NCBI RefSeq assembly: GCF_006345805.1
Contig: NC_043000.1
Location: 143,468,001 to 143,532,000 of the forward strand
Reading direction: 5' to 3'
From: Octopus sinensis
Taxonomy: Eukaryota
DNA: 64,000 bases
Positions 52,724-64,000 of this stretch are shown one piece after another; position 1 is the stretch's first letter, and every line of letters begins with the position of its first letter. The position numbers were made by a program, and so were the translations under genes. The notes beneath the pieces are model-generated. The model was not told the DNA's origin. It did no database searches and worked only from the letters and a program-made list of their open reading frames with translations.

Positions 52724-53581
52724 CTAATGTACAGCACATACATCTGATCACTATACAGAAATCACTTTTGCAGGTCGTTCGGCGCAAGTTGAACACTCAC
52801 ACGTCATCTTCGAAGGGAGAGTCCATCATCAGATACACACTGAGGATTTGTTTGTACTTTTTTTCATAGATGCTAAAATTTTAAATACATATCTATATTT
52901 AAATTTTATGTATTTCTAAACAATTTGGAGACAGCAGAGATTTATATACATGCATTGAAGTATATTGTTGCACACAACTGTCTATCATTAAATATATATA
53001 CTCGTACACACGACTGCTCGATTTATATTTGTAAGTATGTATGCGTTTTCAGGAAAAATATGCTAAAAGAATTAAGTAAAACTTCAGTGTCATGGATATA
53101 AGCAGTATAGATTAAGAATGGTCTGTCAATTACAATACAAATATATGCTCAATGTAATGAAGTTATTTTGGCTTCCAAAGAACAATGAATAAATTGCTTT
53201 CAGTTATTTCACTAATCTAAATTTAGCGTAGATTATGCAAATTACCATACGTTACAACTCCATTTGTACATGACTAAATACTTCGTCTACTGTATTAAAA
53301 CCAGAGCAACTACATCTGGCGCCTATTGAATAATTAGATGTGTACATCTTTCTTCCCCAGAATCTCAGTTCATCCGAATACAGTATCAAATTTCAAGAAT
53401 TCCGAATGCTTAAAGTTATCTCATATTCTCATTTGGAATTGATGGGAATTGTAAATAATACTTCTTTCTTTTCTTGGGGGTAAGATGATTACTAAAGAGG
53501 AAATATTTATCTTTTATAATACTTATAATATATTTACAAGTATTCAAATACACAACATGTACATGTATTAATATATACCAG

Positions 53582-53633
<52 letters not shown>

Positions 53634-56600
53634 CGATTTCTTTGTTTGCCTAACTATAAATCACTCTATTATATTACTTCTCACAAAGTTTATATAGCTA
53701 AACAAGAATGATGATTTTTTGGTTGATCACACCTCAAGGTTACATACACATTGTATCCGATCATTTATCATTTGATTTTAATTGCTTCAGTTGCGCTTTT
53801 TAAAGTATTTTCCTTAGAATGTTATGTCTTCATTTTTCTGTGTGAAGTTAAATTTCTTCACGTTCCAACATATCTAACTTCATAATTTTCGACAAATTTA
53901 TCCTCATTATATTGTCAACTATGACATGAACGTAATTTCCCGTTCCCCGCCTATTTTAGTTGCCTTCCAAGATTTTCATTTAATTAAATATAATTATATT
54001 TTCACAGTAATAAATAAAAATACAAGAGAAAACAAAAGGAAAAGTGGAAGTGGAGACAAAATAAAACTGAATACATTGTAATAAATATTGATTTTAAAAC
54101 ATTTGTTTAAAATATCAAATTTTGACGGTCTGCTATTTGTGTTGTTACACAAATGCGTAAGACAAAATCGAACAGGACCTGACATTTCTCGGCAAATGGA
54201 AGATTAAACAAATATTAAAAAGTGGGAAAATTCCCAAACCCTCTATAGAGATACACTACATGTTGCGCAAGGAGGCAACAGCAAGATGAAAAGTAAAACG
54301 TTGTCGCTTAGCTTTTAAACCAGTCATCGTATTTTAAATACAATCGAAAATACCAGCAGTAACTATCTTATTTTCAACCCATTTTATGTTATATTTTCCA
54401 TTATAGTATGAAGTGCTTCCATTTACATCTATTGTTAATTACATTTGTTTGGCAATATCTGCAAAGCGTACCGCTGAATTACGTACTTTTTAGGTTGTAA
54501 GTTCAAATTTAAGTGAAATCAGGATTGCTTTTCGATCTTGTAATGTTGCTTGAATATTTTACTCATCATGTTGATTTAATTTCTTTTTTCTAAATTAAAA
54601 ATCAGTTATAAACAATTTTCTTTTATTTTTTGTCGATTGATTTTGACTACTATGCATAAATGTAAGAGGGTAGGAAATAATTATTTAATTTTAAAACGAT
54701 GATCAACAAATTTCGTAGGTACTGTTTTGCTTCTGTTTCTTTCTATTGCCTGTTGAAGTTCTCGTTCAAAGTTTTCTCATGTTGATATTCTTATCTATAC
54801 TTTCCAATTGAATAAAAATAAATTTGTGGGTATAATCAATTACCCTGCCCGACATGTATTTAGTTTTGTACTTATAGACGGAAACACTACGAGAACAAGT
54901 CATTCATAAATGATTTTAACTACGAAATTATGAGCCTGATTTGGTCAAACTTCACCTCTCTGACACCATTACTGAATGTCGCTATTTCTGCCTGTCCATT
55001 GAACAGAATTAGCTGAATCAATCTATTAACTGCAGTGTAAACTTTTGGGAATGTATTGTAAGTAAGAGCTGGTCAAGCTTGCATAAATGTCTTAAAGAAA
55101 TAAAATATGGCCATCACTACATCCTGTTTTCTCCTGTACGCAGTTATGGAATATATAGTCGTAAGCTATAGTTCGCGTCTCCAGGAATAGGGATTGCGTT
55201 AAAATTATTTAGAATCACGAAAGTTTCATGGAGCATGCTAAAATCTGTCTTCTTTGGTTTTTAGAACTTTTCATGTGTATAAAAATATACTTAAAAAAGC
55301 ACAAGCTTATCAATGAAATACAAAATTAATTCTCATTCACTTGCGTCAGTTGCTAATTTTTTTTTAGAGTTATTGTTACATATTTGTTAACGTTATATTA
55401 CATAGAATTAAAAACAGCTTCTTACAACAAAACCCAGATTTTTCTATGAAAAGCATGACACATAGTAGTGTTGAAGTAAAAATTCCCACAGAGCATGAAT
55501 TTAGTCATACAACTTCGAATGAAAGGAAAACTAGAAGCTAAATTATCCCACACAAAAAAGGAAGTATAACGAATCATCTTTGGAATATAGATTTATATTG
55601 GCCTGAAGCATAAGGAAAAGCATCTAGTTTTTCATTTGCGACAAATATTTCATGAGGTAAAAAGATAGTATAATAATATCTACGCTTCCTACGCATGCTT
55701 CAATTTGAAAATTTTCTGGAATCTTCACATGTAGATTTTAAAATATTCCCTACGTCAATAAAAATATTTGAGAGCATCATACAAGGCCGCATACTTAATT
55801 GAAAAAATCTGGGAAATTATACACGATTGGTGGAGACTTTGTGTTCACAAAGACAAGAAGAATATCAGAAGTGGTTCACTGAAAGATGTATGCAGAAGAA
55901 AGGCGAAAAGTTCCCCTGCTAAATATTGCGCTTCCTAGAATAAGTGTAAGTAAAATAATTCGTAAAAATGTTATAAGTATGACAAGAAGTAAACAAAAAT
56001 TTACTAATTTAGAATAATCGGCTGATATTTAACAGTAAATCAGTCGTTGGATTTGTAAGATTTTAAATGTCAAGTGAGTGCACGAGAGTATACTAATTTA
56101 ATAGTCATTAAGTGGACGTATAAACAATGAACATGTTTTCTCACTGATGTGGTGTATGTGTTGATATCGCAACTGTAGTGTTATGGGGTGCAGTAAGATT
56201 TCAAACGAAATTGAAATATGCAAGCAATCTAACTGTAACATGCTATCATGGCACGATCTAATCCGAATTATCTGTAGCAAATAATAGGAAAATAATTCAG
56301 AGCTAAATGTGGTAACCCTCACATGGAGAATAGTAGTGTTTTTCCAAATCTACGTCAGGATAGGGGATCCGAGCGTAGCAAATGTTAACCGTGTTTAGGA
56401 GTGTGGTGATTGTCAAGGGAGCGAAATTTAGGTTGACTAATATGCATACAGATCTAAGTAAGACCCAGAACTTATAAAAAACATCACTGATGGTAAGTAT
56501 TATATATGTAAGATTAAGGTTTGTCAGATATATTTGAGAAAGTTAATGTACTCAGTATGTTACTTCAAGGGGAGATTACTATAATCTCCAATGGGAAATT

Positions 56601-56785
56601 GTTTGTAATAAAAATAACCAGTAATATACTGGGAGTAAATATTACTTGGGCATTTGCTCTACTGAAAGCATGCTCTATCAATATATTCACCATATTGGGT
56701 TCATTTAGCTACCATTGAAGCTCATTTTTCGTGTACTATTTTTTTAATACTGTATAGAGGACGTGTCTTCCTTTTCCAGAATATT

Positions 56786-57176
56786 CTTTTCTACTCTAGG
56801 CACGAGGCCCGAAATTTTGTGGAGGTGGGGCAGTCAATTAGATCGAATCTAGTGCGCAATTGGTACTTAATTTATCGATCCTGAAAGGATGACAGGCAAA
56901 GTCGACCTCTGTGGAATTTGAACTCAGAACGTAAAAATACCTATTTCTTTACTACCTATAAGGGGCTAAACACAGAGAGGACAAACAAGGACAGACGAAC
57001 GGATTAAGTCGATTATATCGACCTCAGTGCGTAACTGGTACTTATTTAATCGACCCCGAAAGGATGAAAGGCAAAGTCGACCTCGGCGGAATTTGAACTC
57101 AGAACGTAGCGACTGACGAGATACCGCTAAGCATTTCACCCAGCGTGCTAGCGTTTCTGCCAGCTACTCACCCACT
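56786..57176 (-). mobile_element. Dimeric SINE, family C, with TSD
   Basis: Same dimeric layout as 5635-6023. 14-bp TSD TTTTCC(A/T)GAATATT at 56772-56785 and 57177-57190 (one mismatch). Confidence 0.85.
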
Positions 57177-59405
57177 TTTTCCTGAATATTACAACAGGAA
57201 AACGGTTATGCTAAAAACTGGATTCTTACTAATCGTCGGAGAAAAATACTGTATTTCCCTTAATTCAAACGCTGTTTTATTCCATGAAGCACTACCGATT
57301 TCCTGTTGGCATAATTTGACAATCAATTGCCCTACTCATAGAGAAAGCACAATCTTTTTGACGGAATAGAATCTACGGCGTATCTCTCGACGGTCTGCTA
57401 CCATAGGTATTTGATCAAATGTGACCCCTGTGTCATAAAAATCAAATCATTAAATATCTGTCGAAAAGATTGTATTATCAAATTTTATTTATTTCCACGG
57501 ATAATATACGAGTTTATATTAGAAATTGTTCGAGGAAAACAATGTAATGTAACTTAACATATTCGTTATTCTCAAAGGATATTGCTAAAACTGCACAGAA
57601 TGAAATAAAATGTGTATTTAGATATCCCCATAGTTATGATTAGAATTTGTTTGGTTGTTATGTTCATTCAGAAACAGAATAGTGTGCTAATAGAAATAAT
57701 CGGGGTACTTGAATAAACATTTAAAGTGTAAACAGTTCAGATAAATAACCATTAGATAGGATTATTAAATAAGTCTTAATTGCTTTGCACGGAGAAGCAT
57801 TAAACGATAACTATGAAAAATCTCAAGATTGTAATAATTTAATCAGTCTTGTTTAAATACCATTACATTGCAGGAAAAGAAAATTAATAGATTTTATGTA
57901 TGGTAGTTAATACATCCAAATCTCATGAAAATATGAATTTGTTACTTTATTAAGAATTCCAAAATAGCGTTCAAATGTGATTGTTACGATCAGAATTTTT
58001 CAGAATATAACTTAGAAATGATTAACGTACCAAAATTTCCGACACTAAAGGCATGTGCTACCCTTACTTGATGAATGTATAGGTGTTGACGCGTAAGTTC
58101 ACGCCCGAATTGATCACATTTTTTTAATCAGACACAGTATATCTAGAAATACTTAATTCATTATGAATTTTTCAAAAGTTCTAGAGGGAATTTTTCAAAG
58201 TATTTATTTGCTAGTTATAATTGTTCGAGTCCCAATAGTATCTTAATTGTAACCTTTGATGCATATCATGATAACTTGTAATGGAAATTCTAATTTGTGA
58301 TGCAACAAAACATGGGGTCATATGAATAGGTATGAGCCAAGGCAATAAAATTTAAGTGCATGTCTGACCTCCAAAAATACATATCTACCACCAAATACCG
58401 CCAACCGTCTTCAAAATTTCATTGCAGTTTGATCAAGAGTTATGTGATTAAACACAAAATATCCACCATATTATGAGTAAATAGGTACACATTTTTGTTT
58501 TTTACTCCTTGCTATAAACGCAATTTTAAAAAGCCAGCGAATTACTCATAATGGAACTCAAGACCAACAGAAATCTTGAATTAAGCAATAGCGACTAAAA
58601 TGTGAATATAACAAAATCTTCACTTTACACTTCAGAAGTGTATTAGAAAACTATACCTTGAAAATTCAAAAGTGAATAAAATATACAGCAGTGAATGGGC
58701 CATATATTGTAATATTTTTTGTGGGAAGGGAAGGAGAAATACTGGAAATAAGTATAATGAAGTAATTAGAGCATAATAAAAAAAAATGTAAATGAAAACA
58801 AGTTCTAGCTTCATTGTTAATACTAAAACAAATTCAGTCAACAAAACCACACTATATAAGAGAATGGGCAGAGGTTACCGCTTGTAATCTATTCGTCTGG
58901 TAACCTTCCTTGATATACTGGTAATTTTTATACTGGTCCGGTATTACGTAGACATAAACTATACATGGGTGAAACTTTTGTTTAAACTTATCGTTAATCT
59001 ATTAATTTACAATAATACAGAGAGGTAAAGAGCTGTAGATAGAGAGGGAGAGAGAGAGAGAGACGGGTATATAGTTAGCTAGTATGGAGAGGAGAGAAAA
59101 ATATGGAAAAAGATAGTGCTATAAAACAAAATGAAAAAAAAAAATGGGAGAAGAGTTGTGAAAAGAAATAAAGAAACCTAATCAATATATTGATAACAAT
59201 AAATGTTTTATGCACACAAGATTTTAAAAAAATAACCGTGTCGATATCAATAGTGACAACAGAAGCAACAACAACAGCTTTTATTCCGACAGTAAAGATG
59301 GAAACATTACAGCTTTTTTTTGTTTTATTTGGTTCCGCGTTCTTGTTGATTTGCTTATTATTATTATTATTATTATTATCATTACTAATATTATTATTAT
59401 TATTA

Positions 59406-59437
<32 letters not shown>

Positions 59438-59924
59438 CATTATTATTATTATTAATATTATTATTGTTATTGTTGTTGTAGTTTTCCACCATCAACACTA
59501 CCATCAATAACGTTATTATCTCGTCCTTTTGTTTGTAGTTGTTGTTGTGTTTTTTTCTCCCCAAAATATCGCCGAGGATCGTATCGATTATATAGTTCAA
59601 AATTCTTTGGGCTTGATGTAAATAGCACTTTCAGAGCAGCATGGCGAAAAATTTTGAAAACTACAAGGAGATAATAAACAAAAACAAAGAGAGGAAATAC
59701 AAAAGTAAACAGATGAATATAGTAACTAAAACAAAGGTGTAGAATAAATAGATAGAAATAAAAAAAAACAGTTGAACAAAAATATCGTAAATCCTTCAAC
59801 TCATTGTCTAACACTTCACAATTTGCGTTCATTCAGACACACACATATAAACAATAAATACAATCGCTTTTTACGAAGTACTTTAACTGATGGTATTTAC
59901 AGAAAATTTTACACAATGCAATGC

Positions 59925-59966
59925 TATACATATATATGTAATATATATACATACATACATACATAT

Positions 59967-60017
<51 letters not shown>

Positions 60018-60072
60018 ATGTATATATATATATTTATATATACACATATATACACATATACATACATATATA

Positions 60073-60168
<96 letters not shown>

Positions 60169-60171
60169 TAC

Positions 60172-60202
<31 letters not shown>

Positions 60203-60250
60203 ATTTCTATACATGTGTACATACACTCACACACACATACATATGTATAT
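59925..60250. repeat. Long (TA)n/(CATA)n microsatellite
   Basis: Direct reading. Confidence 0.95.
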
Positions 60251-60513
60251 GCGAGCGTGTAATGCCTAGAAAATTCGTGCAGAATGATGATCAAACCTTA
60301 ATCTCTTCTCCATTTCCCATCATATTCCACCTTCACTATTTCCCTTCTTTTCATACTGTAATCTCCTTTTTTTTATATAGTTATTCTACAGTGCATTCCA
60401 AATTTAAGAATTGTTTAGAAAATGAGAGGAACACCAACAACAATTACAGCATCAACAACAATAATGATGATAATAAAATAATAATGATCCTTTCTTACAT
60501 AGGAGAACGACGT

Positions 60514-60702
60514 GAAATTTTGGGGGTAGGTGCTACTGGATTACATGTGCCCAACGATATAATGGTAATTATTTTATCGATTTTGAAAGAATGTAATGCA
60601 AAGCGAACAGGGCACGATTTGAACTCAGAACATAAAGGCGAACGAAATTCTGTTAATAATTTTCTTCTTCATCGTACTAACGATTCTCTTAACTCACCGC
60701 CC
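60514..60702 (-). mobile_element. Diverged monomeric SINE, family C-related
   Basis: gaaattttggggg tail and gatttgaactcagaac...ctcaccgcc head remnant. Confidence 0.6.
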
Positions 60703-60929
60703 TGTAAAGATTCGACAAAACGTTTGCCTCTTAGGGGTGGGAAAGCGTATCAGGCAGCCTTGAAGCACTGGAAAGCTTGTGGATAACTAAGGTTACAGGT
60801 AGTAACCGACTACCCATATAAATTCAACCAGGAATACGAACGAACCTGAGTCAAATCAACAGCAACAACGACAACAATAACAGCAAAAATAAGGAGGAAG
60901 AGGAGGACAACAAGAAGAAGAAAATGATA

Positions 60930-62175
60930 ATCTTTTCTGTATTGACTACAAGGGTTGAACACAAACCCAAAAGGGATATTATAAAGTTTTAAAATATATA
61001 TTCCCGTAAACGGTGTCGTTCAACCAAGAGCCAACCAAAGAATTCACTTTCTGATCAAGAAAATCTCAGCCAGGCTCCGATGTTCGGCGGAGGTCAAATC
61101 ACACTGTCCATTGTTGTGACATTTACGCACCTTTTAACAAAACAGTACTGGGAGGAAGCACTTCCGTCTAAACACTCACCTTTTCAAGTGAAACTTGAAA
61201 AACTTGATGAGAGCCTACCCGAAGAGCAAAATCTCTCTTTTCAGTCCTTTCAAACTATTCCATTGCCATAGGCACAAAACAGGTAAAATTGCCTTCCAAA
61301 GAAAGCGGCGGGGCAATTCACTCGATGGACCCGGTTGATTACTGGATCTGCCATACGCTTTTCAATAGTGGTTCGACAAAGTTCCTCCACATGTCAACAA
61401 CGGCCAGGCCCTGAGTAAATTCATGCAAAACGATTTCTTCTCAAAAATGTAACTAATAGTCAACAAACCTATTCACCGTCAAGGAAGTGCTGCAGATGTT
61501 GCCGCCTCAGTGCATGTCTGCGCATCCTTAACCATGGAACGTCCAGTCCTCTGCTGACGGCAGATGGACTGCCGGTCAGAGAAAGCAGAAAGGCAAGTGC
61601 TCAAGATTAACCAGCCACGAAGCAGAACAAGGGACAACGGTCAGGCAGATTTAGATGGAGGAAGAGATTTATGCATTCCCCACCTCCACCCTGCCCTTCC
61701 AGGACAGCTTCCATTTGGCCCATTTCTGAGTGAATCTGGCCACCTTGCTCGTCACCTCATCCCAGATCTTTTCAGCCTGCAAGTCTAGACCAAACCAGAC
61801 ACCGAGCAGTGTAACCGGTCCTTCCGTATAGCGGCCTGCAACGCTGTCTGCTTGTATTCACTTGTCTCTTCAGGGAGCCGAGCTGAAGACCCATCGATCT
61901 ATCTTGGTTAATCTTTGCCCCTATCCTCGTTTCGTACTCCCTTAGGGCAGTGTCATTTACCTCAATAGCTGAGATGTGCGACTGTATTATTGAGAAGTCA
62001 TCCGCATAAGCCGACACGAACCCTCCGCGATTTAGTTCACGCTAGATGCCCCTCAAAATATCTAGCTTCCGCAGTAATGGCACGAGACAGAGCACATATA
62101 GAAGGGGTGAGAGTGAACGTCCTCGACAGACCAAAAATGCAATTGGCGGCCATTTACTTTGACTTTAGAGTGCAA
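60930..62175 (-). mobile_element. Decayed L1/Tx1-like ORF2 (reverse transcriptase and C-terminus)
   Basis: LSPLLYVLCLVPLLRKL...VSAYADDF (YADD at 62008-61997)...GAKINQDRSMGLQLG...VWFGLDLQAEKIWDEVTSKV...KLSWKGRVEV...GLDVPWLRMRRHALR...LIKFFKFHLKR. Multiple stops and frameshifts, and an internal deletion. Confidence 0.85.
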
Positions 62176-64000
62176 CTATTAAATTAGAATTATGAAATTA
62201 TGTACGGGAGACTACACTCTATGATATGAAGACGGATAAAACCCCAGAAAATCCAGCATAGAAAATCTAAATCTCAAAACAGAACACGATAATTTTTGAG
62301 ATGACACTAGAGCGCACAGAAGTCTAAGAAGTTCAAATTCAGCTGAACTGAAAATGTTGGCCACTTAGTATATAGCAGCAGTAACCGCACGTACATTCTA
62401 TACATCATGAAAAATGATTAGCAATTCTGAAGATAAAAAAAAGAAGTATGAATGGAAACGAAGCTATTTTTGCTTTTATTTGAAGGATATTCGAAAGAAT
62501 CCCCTTTTCTGCTTCTTCTGTGAATGATGTACAAATTCTATAAAGGAATGCAATTAAATATCTTTTGTATATTTACGAAATCACCTGTACGCTGCGGCTG
62601 GTAATACTATACTAAGTGTTCATATTTAGTTCAGAAATTGGTTTAAAATTCGATTTTAAAAAGCACCTGGATAACCTTGAAGAGAGGTGAGTTAATAAAA
62701 GCCGCTAATATGACGCTAAATGAGAAAACAGAGATAAGAGATTTAAATAAAACATATTCACTTAGTTGACGGGGAAAAAACGTGACAGAGTATAAGAAAC
62801 ACGTACACAGGAAATAAATTATCCAGAATGAATTGTATAAACGTAAAATATTATTATGTAACACAAAGTTAAAGTAATATATGACAATACTTTCAAACTG
62901 TCAGTAATGAGTTTCATTTATAATAAATCTTTAAGTGGACGTTAAACAGCGAAACAAATAAAATAATAGTTGTTCTTCGAATACGTTACCTGAAAAGAAA
63001 CAGAACTATTGTTTGTACCGCAAATGCAGTGGAGAAGGAAATCTTCTACAAATTAGATTATTATTATCTACTTCTCAATTAGGAAAATATTTCATAAAGT
63101 ATAGGGCGAGTCTAATATACCTGGTTACAAAGCATGAAAGAAACATGTTCTTCTTTATGGAAAGCAGCACGCATGAAAGGAGACTTCGGTATAAGAGATT
63201 TCTTAGGAGGATATTTTAAAAGTAGAGAATCTTATAATAAAAATAAAAAATAAAAATATTAGTCTAAAAACTATATAACAAACATTTTATGCTATGGTAT
63301 TTTAAAGAAAATCACCAAGATGCTCGATGCCTAACAAAAGCCTATCAGTTTCATCATGCGACGAGTAGAACACCTGCGTTCTCATTATATAAAGATATAG
63401 TGACAGGAATGATATACGATATTCGGAAGGCGTTTGAAATATAGAATATGAAACAGCACAAACTTTAGAGCATGTCATACAGCTGCTGCTGCAAATGGTA
63501 GTTTAAGATTCTATTAGAAAATATATGAAATAATTCGTAGCATAATGATCATTATGATAAATGGTTAATATAAGGAACATAATATTTTACATCGGTGAAT
63601 GCATATACATTTGCTTTTTTTAATCAAAGAACGTTTTATCAAACAGTATTATATATATATATATACATACATATATATATATATATACTCACACACACAC
63701 ACACATACACTTACATACATACATACATACACACGCACATACACACACACACATATATATATATATGCTTGTGTGTGCGTGTGTGTGTATGTGTGGAATA
63801 ATTGGCTTTAAATCTGGGTCTCATGTTTCTATTATAACGTTGTTTTCCATGTACTTTCAATTACAAATAAACACCACTTAACTAAATTGATCTAATAATA
63901 ATAATAACAACAACAGCAACAATAATAATTAAGGAAACCTTGCTAGTAACAGTTAGAAACGAGGTAGTATGGAAAGCAGAGAAAGAGAACAAAAAACAAA

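Noticed and set aside
59890-60786. Longest ORF in the track (298 aa) and the many YI/IY, LSIY, poly-I/L/Y ORFs
   Set aside because: These are translations of (TA)n, (TCTA)n and (AAT)n microsatellites and SINE remnants, with no coding signal.

Overview
AT-rich eukaryotic DNA dense in microsatellites and retroelement fragments. The repeat families and the (TA)n/(AAT)n/(TCTA)n load suggest a coleoid cephalopod, most likely Octopus (inference). Only one well-supported protein-coding exon was found: 22717-22921 on the minus strand. It encodes the C-terminal two thirds of an Ig domain of the Lachesin/DIP/IgLON-like neuronal adhesion type. A phase-compatible candidate terminal exon lies at 10134-10441 (low confidence). 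The rest is apparently intronic and holds: at least three tRNA-derived SINE families, several with intact TSDs and one that moves as a dimer; two non-autonomous Helitrons; Tx1-like L1 fragments; a CR1/L2-type 3' end; and two Penelope-like segments with degenerate hammerhead-ribozyme folds. Three head-to-tail stacks of R4/Dong-type (restriction-like endonuclease) LINE 3' ends, nine fragments in total, are joined by (AAT)n tracts in a strand-specific way. A ~170-bp near-perfect hairpin and a triplicated 24-mer near the Ig exon are unexplained. Almost all ORFs in the supplied track are microsatellite or repeat artefacts. Repeat boundaries without TSDs are approximate.
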